Shown piece after piece: positions 1 to 10,583 of a stretch of DNA of 64,000 nt. The DNA lies in IMG/VR virus record IMGVR_UViG_3300025154_000065, positions 22,772 to 86,771 of that record, one strand, 5' to 3'. The translations under genes and the position numbers were made by a program. Source of the DNA: a virus. The notes below the pieces were generated by a model. That model was not told where the DNA came from. It did no database searches and saw only the letters and a list, made by a program, of their open reading frames with translations. Positions within the stretch are counted from its first letter, which is position 1. Each line of letters begins with the position of its first letter.

Positions 1-297
1 CCAAGCTTTTGAACTTAATTCACGTTGAGTCAAATAATCAGTTTTTAAGAAATATTTACAAATTTTTATTGTAAATTTACATGTTATTTTTGCACCTAAT
101 TCCCAATGACCTTTCTTGGCATTATCATCGCTTAAATATTGTTTTCCCCAAACACCAATATCATGTAAAAATATTCCAATTATTTGCCACCATTCAGGCC
201 ATGATCCATATTCTAATTTCCACGCTCTTAATACTGCCAAACCATGCATAACGGGATTATGGCATCCAAATAAAACAGACTTAGTTCCTTCTATCAT
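1..297 (-). CDS. HD-domain-like protein, runs off the window start
   Basis: Manual translation MIEGTKSVLFGCHNPVMHG...IFLHDIGVWGK...GHW shows an H...HD pattern; AGGA RBS upstream. Confidence 0.5.
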   Translation of the reverse strand, partial: MIEGTKSVLFGCHNPVMHGLAVLRAWKLEYGSWPEWWQIIGIFLHDIGVWGKQYLSDDNAKKGHWELGAKITCKFTIKICKYFLKTDYLTQRELSSKAW

Positions 298-307
298 TTT
301 ACCATCC

Positions 308-1255
308 TTATTTTGCTACAGTGCAGGCATTTATCAACTGCATTATCAAGCCCGGTTTGCCGTTGTAGTGTAGCACTTCACGGAAGGAATCGCATATGAG
401 CCACATCCTAGAGGCTTTAGAAGGGTCATTAATTGCCACTCTTGCCATATAACCCATAATGCTTAATCGACAAGTTTCTGGTTCAATCTTAACTTTATCA
501 ATCATGGGAGCCAATTTTACCCAAAGGTCATTCCCCCCCTTCACAAGCAATCTACATACTTCCAAAATGTCTACATTTTCAATTCCACTATCCACAAGGT
601 CAATTGCTAGACTAATATCCTTAATGTCTATAATAGTTTCTAATGCAACCAAAGCATTTCTAGAACTTCCTTTACTATTGATCACAATCTTACTTTGAAC
701 CTTTCTATCAATTTCTTTTCCTTCTGCTTCAAGAATACAATCTATTAATTCGTTCATCTCTCTAGGTGCAAGAGGCTTTGTCTCATATCTTGCACATCTT
801 GATTGTATTGTATCAATAACTTTTCTTTGTTCTGTTGTAGACAAGAACCAATAAATAAAATCAGGTGGTTCTTCAAGAGGTTTTAAAAGACAGTCTTGTG
901 CTTGTGGAGTTGCTCGATGGAATTCATCAAGTATATAAACTTTTAATTTTTTGCCACCACGTTCTACTACTGGAGAAAGATACATTGTACTAACAATCTT
1001 TCTCATATCTTCGACACCATTTGTATCAGACATATTATATTCAAATATATTTTGTTCTGTACATCCAAGACTTTTCGCCATAAGTCTGCTAACACTTGTT
1101 TTGCCTGTGCCTTTTTCTCCAATTAAAAGTATAGCATGTGGCAATGCATCATCTTCTAGTTTTTGTTTAATCATAGAAACAAGTGCTTCATTGCCAAATA
1201 CTTCATCCCAATTTTGAGGGCGATATTTTCTTGCTAATGCATCAGTTGCAGCCAT
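308..1255 (-). CDS. dnaX: DNA polymerase III gamma/tau-like clamp loader ATPase
   Basis: LARKYRPQ, Walker A GEKGTGKT, ILDEFH, LLKPLEEP, TIQSRC, GSSRNAL. Confidence 0.92.
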   Translation of the reverse strand: MAATDALARKYRPQNWDEVFGNEALVSMIKQKLEDDALPHAILLIGEKGTGKTSVSRLMAKSLGCTEQNIFEYNMSDTNGVEDMRKIVSTMYLSPVVERGGKKLKVYILDEFHRATPQAQDCLLKPLEEPPDFIYWFLSTTEQRKVIDTIQSRCARYETKPLAPREMNELIDCILEAEGKEIDRKVQSKIVINSKGSSRNALVALETIIDIKDISLAIDLVDSGIENVDILEVCRLLVKGGNDLWVKLAPMIDKVKIEPETCRLSIMGYMARVAINDPSKASRMWLICDSFREVLHYNGKPGLIMQLINACTVAK

Positions 1256-1258
1256 ATA

Positions 1259-1480
1259 TTATTCTCCATTTAGAATTTCTTCTTTTAGGTTATTAAATGC
1301 TCTGATTAAATCTTCAAATTCATACTCTAGAATTTCTAGATTGGTTGGAGAATCTTTATCTGGATATTTATTTTGCCAACCAAATCTGTCCCCCTTACAT
1401 ACAGCTTGTATTAATTCACCGCATTCTTCTATCAATTTTATAGTATTAGAACCAATATTTACATAATTTGGATCGGCCAT
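1259..1480 (-). CDS. small MazG-like nucleotide pyrophosphohydrolase
   Basis: KLIEECGELIQAVCK...EFED acidic pattern. Confidence 0.5.
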   Translation of the reverse strand: MADPNYVNIGSNTIKLIEECGELIQAVCKGDRFGWQNKYPDKDSPTNLEILEYEFEDLIRAFNNLKEEILNGE

Positions 1481-2089
1481 TATTCTTTTCCCTCCAATTT
1501 TCTAACTCTATTTTTAAGACTAGCAAGATCTATAAATATACAGATTATTACAAAAAGTAATGATATCAATACTGGAAATAAATCCCCAACTGTAACCATT
1601 TCAATCATCGGTCTAAAATCAAACCATAACCAAATTCTTTCCATATTTAACTCCTATTCACAATCAGGCCATATCTTTTTATTCTTTTCAATTATGTCAC
1701 ATTCTGTTGCCAATTTATCCATCAAATCTTCACGAAGAGATTTATAACATGCTTCTTTCTCTTTTATCGAACATTTTTGAGTAATTCCAATATCAATCCT
1801 GACAAATTCAAAACTCCCTTTGCCTAGAGAGATAGTTTTACCTATAGACATCCTTATTTCTAAATTATTTTCTTCCATGAAATATTTCTTTCTTTGTTGC
1901 GTATCTTACAGAAGGTGGGCTTTTTATGAAGAATTTACCATCGTAGGTATAGGTATTCCAATAATTGTTTTCTAACAAATCAATAGAACATCCTACTCCT
2001 ACATCAAATTCGTTTAGGTTAGATTCTTCATACTCTTTAATGATATCTCTGATTCTTGCAAATAATTCTTTATTGGTCATTTTATTTAC

Positions 2090-2770
2090 CTATATTTTAT
2101 ATAACAAGCCTCTAGTTTTTATCTTCACGTCTTCATTGTGTCTTTTTGTTTCTCCTTTTGGATAAGGAAGGATTGAATATTTTAGCTTAGATAACATATC
2201 TTTAATTTGTTTCTTACTTCCTAAAAACTTAAAATATCTATGTTTTGAATCTTCTTCTTTAAATCTTTGTATGTATTCAGGAATTTTGTCTTTATTCCTA
2301 GTCCCATAGGAGTTAAAAACACTTCTTGGATGGATTCTTTTACCAGTTATTATATTGACATAATAATCTTGTGGTTCTGACAATCCAGTATATATCCAAT
2401 TTGTGGCTTGATAGATATATCCTACATGTCCAACTCCTGCATCTGCATAACTTAGAATACAAACAGGCTTTGGTAGCAAAGAAAGACATTTCGCAACAAA
2501 GAAAGATGATGAATTTTTTGGTAATCCTTCTGCCACACATAACCTATTCAATTCTAAGGTATTTATCTCCAATTTGTTATCAAATATTTCACCACCATTA
2601 TTAAATTTTCTGCATGGAGTAGAACCAAACGTACAAACACCCATAATTTCTTGATCTAAAGAGAATAATCCATAAGCAAATGTTATTAGTGGAATTGTTT
2701 TAGCATAGTGTCTATATAATAGCCAAGATTTACACCATTTATTAGAAATTTGTCTTACTTCAAATTCCAT
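2090..2770 (-). CDS. Mom-like GNAT-fold DNA modification protein
   Basis: RHY, GVCTFG, ELNRL, NSSSFFV, SYAD.GVGHVGYIYQATNWIYTG, KHRY match Mu Mom-family motifs. Confidence 0.8.
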   Translation of the reverse strand: MEFEVRQISNKWCKSWLLYRHYAKTIPLITFAYGLFSLDQEIMGVCTFGSTPCRKFNNGGEIFDNKLEINTLELNRLCVAEGLPKNSSSFFVAKCLSLLPKPVCILSYADAGVGHVGYIYQATNWIYTGLSEPQDYYVNIITGKRIHPRSVFNSYGTRNKDKIPEYIQRFKEEDSKHRYFKFLGSKKQIKDMLSKLKYSILPYPKGETKRHNEDVKIKTRGLLYKI

Positions 2771-2774
2771 AATA

Positions 2775-3833
2775 TCACCATTTTGACATAAGGTGTCGAA
2801 ACGCTTTCGTTTTAAAAATCATAACACTTTCATCAGCTATAGAAAAATTACGAGTGATTGAAAGGATAGTTTTAAGGAATGTGGGTGATATTTTAAAACT
2901 CATACCTTCTTCAAACATTTCTCCATCAATTTCAACACTATCTTCAACACGACCATTTGAGTTTTGTCCTTTAACAAAAAGTCTCTTACCTTTTCTATAA
3001 ATCTCTACATTCAATACAGGATCATCTTTGTCGAGAACACTGGCAAGAATACCTGCTACATCAAGACATTCTTCCAGATCTTTAGGAAATTGGTATTCTT
3101 TAAACTCTTCATCATATGAGTTGAAGATTTTGATAAGGTTTGAGATTGGAAATGATTTCATCAATTCATTGGTGCTAAATACAATACCATTGTCACACTT
3201 AAAATGTATCCATCCATCACCAACTGCATATGAGATTGGTGGATAAACCATTTTAAGAAGAGTGGTAATAGAACTTGCTGGTATTGTAAAATCAAAATCT
3301 ATAGATTCATCAAATTTATAACGAGAATTACGATAGATATCTGTAGACCATGCACAATCTTCTTTAATTGCTATTCCATTGATTTCTATTACATTTGGAT
3401 CAAGACTCATTGAATACGAACAAAGTCTAATTCCTTCCATAAAGTCCTTTGGTAGATCATGGAATATCAGATCATCAATATTGAATGAATTTACAAGTTT
3501 ACGGATTCCATCATCTTCTTGAATCAATACCATTTTAAGAGTAGTATTATCTCCAGATATCTCAAGATTGTCTGGATTTTGTTTCAGTGTAACATCTTCA
3601 GATTTCATCTTTTCAAGAATCTTTAGAGTCTCAGTAGCTTTTACTGTACAATTTACTCCTGTCTTTATTGGATATGAGAATGACATTCTATTAGAATAAG
3701 TATGTACATATTCATCAGCAAAGATAAAACTATCTGCGCCAATAAGAAGTTGATCTTTGATATCAATTGCACTAATTACAGTTTTCAATGCTGAGACAAT
3801 ATTTTTACGCTTTTGAAGAAAACCTTTTGCCAT
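2775..3833 (-). CDS. DNA polymerase sliding clamp (beta/DnaN-like)
   Basis: 352 aa with a three-domain alternating helix/strand pattern, FTIP..SI and FP motifs, next to the clamp loader. Confidence 0.7.
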   Translation of the reverse strand: MAKGFLQKRKNIVSALKTVISAIDIKDQLLIGADSFIFADEYVHTYSNRMSFSYPIKTGVNCTVKATETLKILEKMKSEDVTLKQNPDNLEISGDNTTLKMVLIQEDDGIRKLVNSFNIDDLIFHDLPKDFMEGIRLCSYSMSLDPNVIEINGIAIKEDCAWSTDIYRNSRYKFDESIDFDFTIPASSITTLLKMVYPPISYAVGDGWIHFKCDNGIVFSTNELMKSFPISNLIKIFNSYDEEFKEYQFPKDLEECLDVAGILASVLDKDDPVLNVEIYRKGKRLFVKGQNSNGRVEDSVEIDGEMFEEGMSFKISPTFLKTILSITRNFSIADESVMIFKTKAFRHLMSKW

Positions 3834-4247
3834 TATTTTATATCTCCTTAATTAAGGAATTTAAGAACGTAAAATAATATCCATGCAATACCTAAAGAAA
3901 GATGTGTTATAATTTGAACTAAAATATATGATTCCCAAAAATTCATTATATCTCCTTAATCTGCTGGTTCAAATTCAATAATGCCATTAACAACTTGTTT
4001 TGGTTTGAGGATGATAATATTATCACAATCTAATGAAGTATATATAATATTTCCTACTAATAAATCAACACTAAAGAATTTTTCATTTAATTGTTGTTTA
4101 TTAAAAATACTATCAAAAATATCTCTTCCTGGAGAATCAGAAATTCTCATATAAATTGTATTATTGTATGTATTTTTATATTTCCACACTTCTCCAACTT
4201 CAGGAATTCTGTTTTTAGATTTTGTTTCAACTGATCTACATTTCATC

Positions 4248-5366
4248 TTATATCTCCTTAGATTTAAAATCTTCATATTTAAGATCAATGTAATGATTGA
4301 TATCTATATGTTGTAGAACATCAAATAATATTTTATTATGTTTCCATTTTTCAAAGTATTCTCGAATACTTAGTTTCTTGTAATTGCCAGGATTCATACA
4401 CCACTTAGTAAGCAATGTATAAAAATATCCCCAAGGACAATCTTTGTATTTTTCATATCTCATAAAGTATGGAATACATTGAAATTGCATCAATACTTTC
4501 ATTCTTTCAAGAGTTTCAACCAAGTCGGTTTTCCAAAAACTTAAATCATAATTACCAGTTCTATCAAATGCACATAGAACATAAAGTTTTGTACTGGATT
4601 TATTATATTCTCTCCATAGTGCTAGTTTTTTAACAATCATATTCTTGTCTTTTATATTATCAAACGCAAAGATATAATCTCCATAGTATTTTACATCAGA
4701 TAATAATTTTACATTTTCCTTATTAAGGAGGCGAATGTCTAATCCTTGTTTAAATTGGATTCGTTTACCGAAATCATACAATTCTTTGAGAATACCAATA
4801 GATCCTTTATATCCAAGAAAGTTATCATCGAGGAAACAAGAGTATTTATTTTTTGGATCATAGAATTCCATGTGTGAAGAATGTAGCTTGACTACTTTAC
4901 AATTTCTATTCACACAGAATTCACAACCTCTAAAACATCCAGTTGTCAATTTACCAATATTTACTTGATTGTAAATCTCAAAAGTATCTCTTCGATCATG
5001 ATCTATTAGATCCTGAGATGCAACAAAATCATCATAGAGATGATAATCTGGCATTATATGTTCTATTTCATCTGGTAATTGAGGAGATTTATCATAGAAA
5101 AATCCAGTACCACCATATTCTACATGTTTGAGTTGAAGTACATTCTCAGGAAATAAAGTATCTGTAAATACCTTTGTCACATATACTTTATCATATGAGT
5201 AGATATTATTGTAGTTGAGTTTAGACATGAGGTTTCGGATATCTAATTTAAGAGTGATTATATCCCCTTTTTGTTTATGATATGAAGAGATTTTCATAGC
5301 AGCAAGATTTGGGAAACGATGCCGCTTTTTATTAGTTAAATCAGCATCTATAATACATATATTCAT
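4248..5366 (-). CDS. radical SAM protein
   Basis: CFRGCEFC (CxxxCxxC); FPNLAAMKIS, GGTG, PDY, LDDNFL, QGLDIRL. Confidence 0.88.
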   Translation of the reverse strand: MNICIIDADLTNKKRHRFPNLAAMKISSYHKQKGDIITLKLDIRNLMSKLNYNNIYSYDKVYVTKVFTDTLFPENVLQLKHVEYGGTGFFYDKSPQLPDEIEHIMPDYHLYDDFVASQDLIDHDRRDTFEIYNQVNIGKLTTGCFRGCEFCVNRNCKVVKLHSSHMEFYDPKNKYSCFLDDNFLGYKGSIGILKELYDFGKRIQFKQGLDIRLLNKENVKLLSDVKYYGDYIFAFDNIKDKNMIVKKLALWREYNKSSTKLYVLCAFDRTGNYDLSFWKTDLVETLERMKVLMQFQCIPYFMRYEKYKDCPWGYFYTLLTKWCMNPGNYKKLSIREYFEKWKHNKILFDVLQHIDINHYIDLKYEDFKSKEI

Positions 5367-5378
5367 TTTTGTTCTTTC

Positions 5379-5578
5379 TTATATATTACTATTATAAGTC
5401 TGTTTATAGATATTATGTATGATTTCTTCTGGATCTATTATATATTCATTCTCGTTATGAGTAAAAATCACTAAATTTCTTGTTTTTATGGCATAAATTA
5501 TTGATTCAGAAAATCCTTTATTTAAATGAGATCCGGGTATTGCATCAATACGGATTCTTTAATTTTTATTGATTCCAT
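5379..5578 (-). pseudogene. small gene broken by a 1-nt frameshift near 5560
   Basis: MESIKIK continues in another frame as RIRIDAIPGSHLNKGF...SNI*, which fills the gap up to the radical SAM RBS; end coordinate approximate. Confidence 0.45.
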
Positions 5579-5609
5579 TATATGATCCTTATGGTTATTT
5601 TGAGGAAGG

Positions 5610-5636
5610 AACTACCCCCCATTATGGGGGGTAGTT
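5610..5636 (-). terminator. GC-rich hairpin, probable terminator
   Basis: AACTACCCCCC-ATTAT-GGGGGGTAGTT just downstream of 5652..6266. Confidence 0.55.
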
Positions 5637-5651
5637 TATGTAGAAATGGAA

Positions 5652-6266
5652 TTAAATTACAGGTTTTATAACAAGTTGATAATTGCCAACTTCATCAATC
5701 TTCAGATATCCAAAAGGCACAAGCCAACGGATACATTGTTCAACCCAAAGTTGGGCAGCAGAAGTAGAATCATTGGCTCCAGGATTATGTTCAAGATACA
5801 ACTGATTTGACCTAAAACTAATTGCCTCAATAGTTTCATTGCCTTCGATCATTGCATCTCGCACAGAGACAGCCCGACCATAAGATTCCTTCTTCTCTTT
5901 CTTAACCTTTTCCTTCTTGGGCTTTGCTTCACCGGGTTCCTTGGGCTTCCTTCCTCTCTTTGCACCTTCCGGCTTTTCTACTTCTTCCGGAATTGTAGTA
6001 AGACTAGCATATGTTTCAATGACAAGAGAACTAAGAGCATTAGCCACTGCATCATCATCGCCAGGAACAGAATTAACAGCCGCAACAAAACAAGCCGCCA
6101 TCTCATCCTTATTCTTCAACTTTTTAACGTCAATCTTAATAACCTTATCTTCGCCATCCTTAATCTCCAGCTTATTGAAATCGTTAATAACTTCAGTAAA
6201 CTTCTTGATGGACATTTCATTAACAACTGCCTTATTCAATGCGCCCATAAAAATTAATCCTTTCAC
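5652..6266 (-). CDS. hypothetical protein with Lys-rich linker, possibly DNA binding
   Basis: 204-aa ORF; AT-hook-like KRGRKPK followed by KEKVKKEKK. Confidence 0.6.
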   Translation of the reverse strand: MKGLIFMGALNKAVVNEMSIKKFTEVINDFNKLEIKDGEDKVIKIDVKKLKNKDEMAACFVAAVNSVPGDDDAVANALSSLVIETYASLTTIPEEVEKPEGAKRGRKPKEPGEAKPKKEKVKKEKKESYGRAVSVRDAMIEGNETIEAISFRSNQLYLEHNPGANDSTSAAQLWVEQCIRWLVPFGYLKIDEVGNYQLVIKPVI

Positions 6267-6850
6267 TATTGTTTTTGATTAGAAGCGACATACCAATTAT
6301 GTCACTATTGAAGACAAACACATTCTAGCATACTTTGATTGATATGGTATAAAAATCTTCATTGATACTCAAAATAAATTGCTTGTTTTTAGGACTTGGT
6401 AAAAACTGGCTTATCTGCTGGTCCTTGTTCTCCATTTGCAATAGATATAGTATCAAATGGCTGATTCATTACAGGATAATCACTAATTACTTTCAAACGA
6501 TTTATATCAAACCAGCATTGATCCATCAATTTTCCATCTCTATCCATTCCTGGATGAACAATTGCCTGAATACATCCATAAAGATCAAAACTGATTGATG
6601 CAACAATTCCTTTAAATCCTGTTACTTTATCTTCAACTTTCATACCCAATAGACTTAGATGTTCTTCTACTTTTGTCATTTATTTCTCCTTATATATTAT
6701 GTTCTTTTCTAATCATTTCAAAATAAGAAATTGCGAAACTATAACCTTTCCATTTGTCAACACCTTGTTCTTCTAATGCCATTAATTTATAATAAGCAAT
6801 TTGCAATTTTTCATATTCAATCTTTGTAATTGTTACAGTTTCCATAACTT

Positions 6851-7765
6851 TTATCTCCCAAATACCTCGATCCTAACTTGTCTTGCATCTTCTATTGATA
6901 ATGATCCAGGATCACTATAGCAATTTAATTCTAATCTTTCTACATGATCAAAGGAAGATGCAAGACACATTATGCTAGCTAATTTCTGTGCTTGTTCCTG
7001 TGCTGGATTCTCTGGATCATATAAAACAAATAGATTTTTAATTCCTTTCTTTAATAAAAGAAGTAATTGTGCATTAGTAAATTTTGTTGATAATGTAGCT
7101 ACAGCTCCATCACCTATTTTCCATACATCTATTGGTCCTTCAACAATTAATACAGTATCTCCTTCTAAATGGTTAAGATTGTACACTAGCCTATCTCTAG
7201 GAATCAGATTCTCATTATCAGATGGAGAATCATATTTATTAATTGCTTGTCCTGTTATATCTCTAGCTGAGAATGATACTATTTGATTATCCATAAAGAT
7301 AGGAATGATGATTCTGAATTTGAATTTTGTCATATTGCCGCATGATATCACTCCATAGTGTTCTTGTAGATAATAAGGGTCAAATCCTCTCTTTGCAAGA
7401 TAATTAAAGTATGGTTCTGGAAGATCTTTATTGAAGAATTTGAAGTATTGTTCTAATGCTCCTTTTACTGGTTTATGTATTTTCTCTTCTGGAAAACCTA
7501 CATGGAATTTACTAATTATTTCTCTGATTTCAGAATATGGAAGTTTTGTTAGAATTTCAAGAGTTTTGATTAGAGAATGACCACCACATTTATAACAACT
7601 CGTTTTATGTGATTGTTTATGAATTCCTAAATGATTTGACCTATCCCCACAGTATGGACATTGTATATTGACGTATCCTCTAGCAACATTTTTACCACGT
7701 TCCCAATATGGTATATTATACTCTTTGAGGAATTCTTGAATTGAATTCATATTTTGGTTAAACAT
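6851..7765 (-). CDS. DNA primase (Zn finger plus TOPRIM)
   Basis: CPYC...CYKC, RIIIPI, SARDI, KY, IVEGPIDV, YDPE, DPG. Confidence 0.9.
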   Translation of the reverse strand: MFNQNMNSIQEFLKEYNIPYWERGKNVARGYVNIQCPYCGDRSNHLGIHKQSHKTSCYKCGGHSLIKTLEILTKLPYSEIREIISKFHVGFPEEKIHKPVKGALEQYFKFFNKDLPEPYFNYLAKRGFDPYYLQEHYGVISCGNMTKFKFRIIIPIFMDNQIVSFSARDITGQAINKYDSPSDNENLIPRDRLVYNLNHLEGDTVLIVEGPIDVWKIGDGAVATLSTKFTNAQLLLLLKKGIKNLFVLYDPENPAQEQAQKLASIMCLASSFDHVERLELNCYSDPGSLSIEDARQVRIEVFGR

Positions 7766-8414
7766 TTTAGGAGTTGATATAGTTGTTGTTGGAATGCAGA
7801 TGCCACCATGTCAAGTTCTTTTTCTGTAACTTCGCTATCTGATGATATTGTTTCAATAGTAACAGGTTTATGTTCGATAGCAATTGTATTTCTATCACTA
7901 GAAACCATAATTTTTAATGAATAGATCATTTTATTCTACCTTTCTTTACGCTATATTTTTGTTATATTCATTCAATGCTTTTTCTACCAAAATTCCCCAT
8001 GGTTCATTTCTATTGTGATAAATTTCCAAATGATTCAATTCTTTTGGTTTTCTAAATCTATACAAATGTTTACCGTCTTCTATATGGCCGGTATTAATCA
8101 ATGCAATTGAATCTATTTCTCTTTCATTTAAAAATACTTTTACAATCAACATGATATTATCCTTCCCATTTCATCATTAATGGATGAGAATTTATATGAT
8201 ATGGTTCAAGACATACTGCCCACATCCCTTTCAATCTATTGGGAGAATTTTTAAAATGTTCTAACAGAGATTCTCTAAATACATCATAAATTAAGTTTTT
8301 ACTTTCCCAATCAAGCCACTTAACTGCTTCGGTTGTATACCATTTACCTGATCCTCTAAAGAAATCAACTCTTACCATTGAAGGATCTTCAATATATCCC
8401 ATATATTATTCTCC

Positions 8415-8618
8415 TTAAAAATTAACAGAACATTTCACATCTGAAACAAAATGTTTTCTATTTTTATCTCCAATTGTTGTCATTTCTGTAAGTTTAATAT
8501 CTATATTTGAAATGCCTACATCTGTTTTTGTTTCAAAAATAGCAATTTTTGCATTAATTACAGATAGTAAATCTTCCTCAAGTTGTTTTATTTCTTTTTT
8601 TAATTGTTTAATATCCAT
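8415..8618 (-). CDS. small hypothetical protein (start reassigned to MDIKQ)
   Basis: GGAG RBS before ATG at 8618; the longer ORF would run through a terminator. Confidence 0.6.
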   Translation of the reverse strand: MDIKQLKKEIKQLEEDLLSVINAKIAIFETKTDVGISNIDIKLTEMTTIGDKNRKHFVSDVKCSVNF

Positions 8619-8633
8619 TTGAACTCCGTAAGT

Positions 8634-8662
8634 AAAATGGCGATACCTTTTGAGTATCGCCA
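8634..8662 (-). terminator. intrinsic terminator closing the TROVE/RNA operon
   Basis: Minus strand TGGCGATAC-TCAAAAG-GTATCGCCA-TTTT, about 20 nt after the stop of 8682..9017. Confidence 0.75.
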
Positions 8663-8681
8663 AGGAAGAGAAGTTGTGTTA

Positions 8682-9017
8682 TTAGTTTATTTTAGCCTCA
8701 AGTTCGGTGATCTCCCTATCAAGATCACCACGTTTTTCATCGGCAGTCCTAAGAGCCGACCTTCTTGCCTTAGCTTGCCGTAAACGCCTCATTAATTCAC
8801 CCCTCATTCTAGTATTGATTTCATGATCTACTTCAGAAATCTTATCAGTAACCCATTCAGGCGTATCAGTCTTTAATTCTTGAAACCCATTATCAATGGT
8901 ACGAAGTTGCGACTGAATCAAAATCAATTCCTCAATAGAACCAATTTTTTCTACATCAACATCTATAGTAATTGTTAATACTCTCATTTTACTTCCTTTC
9001 GTAAGATTTAAAAACAT
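8682..9017 (-). CDS. coiled-coil protein coupled to the TROVE-vWA gene
   Basis: Heptad-like basic C-terminus RRLRQAKARRSALRTADEKRGDLDREITELEAKI; likely start MRVL at about 8987. Confidence 0.7.
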   Translation of the reverse strand: MFLNLTKGSKMRVLTITIDVDVEKIGSIEELILIQSQLRTIDNGFQELKTDTPEWVTDKISEVDHEINTRMRGELMRRLRQAKARRSALRTADEKRGDLDREITELEAKIN

Positions 9018-10464
9018 CCTTAAATGTCATCAATGGAGTTTCCATGATCTCATCAATAAATGAATACCGATTTGTTCTAAGTGTTCTAATTACATTAGGT
9101 AAAGAATAGTAATCAACTCTTTTACCCAACTCTTGTTCTTCAATTTGGATATTGGAGATTTTACAGTTGTAAGAAAGTCTATTAGTTTCTCCTGGTACAT
9201 GAAGTAAATATACAGTTGGTTCTATGTCAAATTTCTTTGCATATTTTGCATATGCAGTATGAAATAAAGGATTGGTATTATCTCCTCCGTCAGAACAAAT
9301 CACTATTCCATTTACAACAATACTCTTTTCAGAAATATAATCAAGTCCACAACCTACTGAAGTACCACCGACTGCATTCAACCTTTTGGTCATATCCTTG
9401 ATCTCTTCTAATGTTTTACCTGTTACATCAAAATAAGTAGGTTGAACATTAAAAAATACAAGGTAAACTTTACCTTTTACCTGTTGTGCAATCAGAGCAG
9501 CTATATTTCTCGCAACTTCTATAGAAGTTTGCATACTTCCACTTCTATCTCCAAGGACAAGCCAATCGCCTTCAATTCCTCCTAGTTTCTCAAGTCTTTG
9601 TTCCTGAACGTTCTCAAGTTTTGAAGCCGTTTTTATATCTGTCCTTTTCAATACTTCTGCCGCTTTGCCAGCTTTTAATGTACTTACATTTTTCTTACTA
9701 GTCTTCATTCTTTCAACTGCTTTGTCGTAAGCAGCTTTAAGAGTTGGATTTTCAAAAACTCCATATTTCTTTAGCATATTGGTGTTATTGATTAATTCAT
9801 TCCCACTCATTCTTTCAATTAAAGCAAGAATAAGATCCGTTTTACCTTTTATTCCACCTAATGCACCAACAGCTATGAGAAATGGAATCTCATAATTCAA
9901 AATTGTACCAGCAGCCTCTTCTGCATTCATATTTTTCAATTGTCTGATTGCAGCAAAAGGGCTATTTACTGGATATTCTTTTTTAAAGAGAATTGAATTT
10001 GCATAATCAGATGGTTTTATATGATACATGGCATAAAGAGATTTAAGACTTTCTCTATGTTGCATAGCAGTTTTATTCCACCATCTTTTATTCTTCTCTC
10101 TTTCTCTCAAATAAAGATTTACTGCTTGTTTCAGAAATTTTGACCCGCCATCATAAGATATAGGAAGAGATTTAGAAAATCTACTTGCTCTTAGAAAATC
10201 TCTCATGTCAAGGAGGCAGAGATTGGCTGCAGAATTCTCAAATAATTCATCATCGCCTTTTGATTTCAAGGCGATGATTGGCAATGCCACTTTGCTATCT
10301 CTAACTTCGCCTTTTTTTGAATTCCATGCAATAATATGAGCAAATAATTCAGGTTCTTGATTTGCAGCTTGGAATCCAATATCTTGATAAATAGTTAGAT
10401 CTTTGTGTCCAATTTTGATGAGTTGAGAAACAAGTTGGGATTTAGAAATCCCGGTGTTTTCCAT
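8989..10464 (-). CDS. TROVE/Ro60-like RNA-binding protein with C-terminal vWA domain
   Basis: vWA MIDAS DRSGS, GGT, SDG; helical N-terminal region with EPELFAH..W...G..RD and HIKP resembling TROVE motifs; adjacent to tRNA-like RNAs. Confidence 0.75.
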   Translation of the reverse strand: MENTGISKSQLVSQLIKIGHKDLTIYQDIGFQAANQEPELFAHIIAWNSKKGEVRDSKVALPIIALKSKGDDELFENSAANLCLLDMRDFLRASRFSKSLPISYDGGSKFLKQAVNLYLREREKNKRWWNKTAMQHRESLKSLYAMYHIKPSDYANSILFKKEYPVNSPFAAIRQLKNMNAEEAAGTILNYEIPFLIAVGALGGIKGKTDLILALIERMSGNELINNTNMLKKYGVFENPTLKAAYDKAVERMKTSKKNVSTLKAGKAAEVLKRTDIKTASKLENVQEQRLEKLGGIEGDWLVLGDRSGSMQTSIEVARNIAALIAQQVKGKVYLVFFNVQPTYFDVTGKTLEEIKDMTKRLNAVGGTSVGCGLDYISEKSIVVNGIVICSDGGDNTNPLFHTAYAKYAKKFDIEPTVYLLHVPGETNRLSYNCKISNIQIEEQELGKRVDYYSLPNVIRTLRTNRYSFIDEIMETPLMTFKDVFKSYERK

Positions 10465-10491
10465 GATTTACTCCTTTGGTTTGAGTTAAAT

Positions 10492-10568
10492 TGGTCTGGA
10501 TAGAAGGATTTGAACCTCCGATCCCTTGCTCCCAAAGCAAGTGCGATACCCGACTTCGCTATATCCAT
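10492..10568 (-). tRNA. tRNA-Pro(UGG) with encoded CCA and an A1:G72 mismatch
   Basis: Full cloverleaf: GCGA/TCGC D-stem, CTTGC-TTTGGGA-GCAAG, GGAGG-TTCAAAT-CCTTC, TATCCAG-A-CCA. Confidence 0.88.
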
Positions 10569-10583
10569 ATTTAATTGAAAAGA

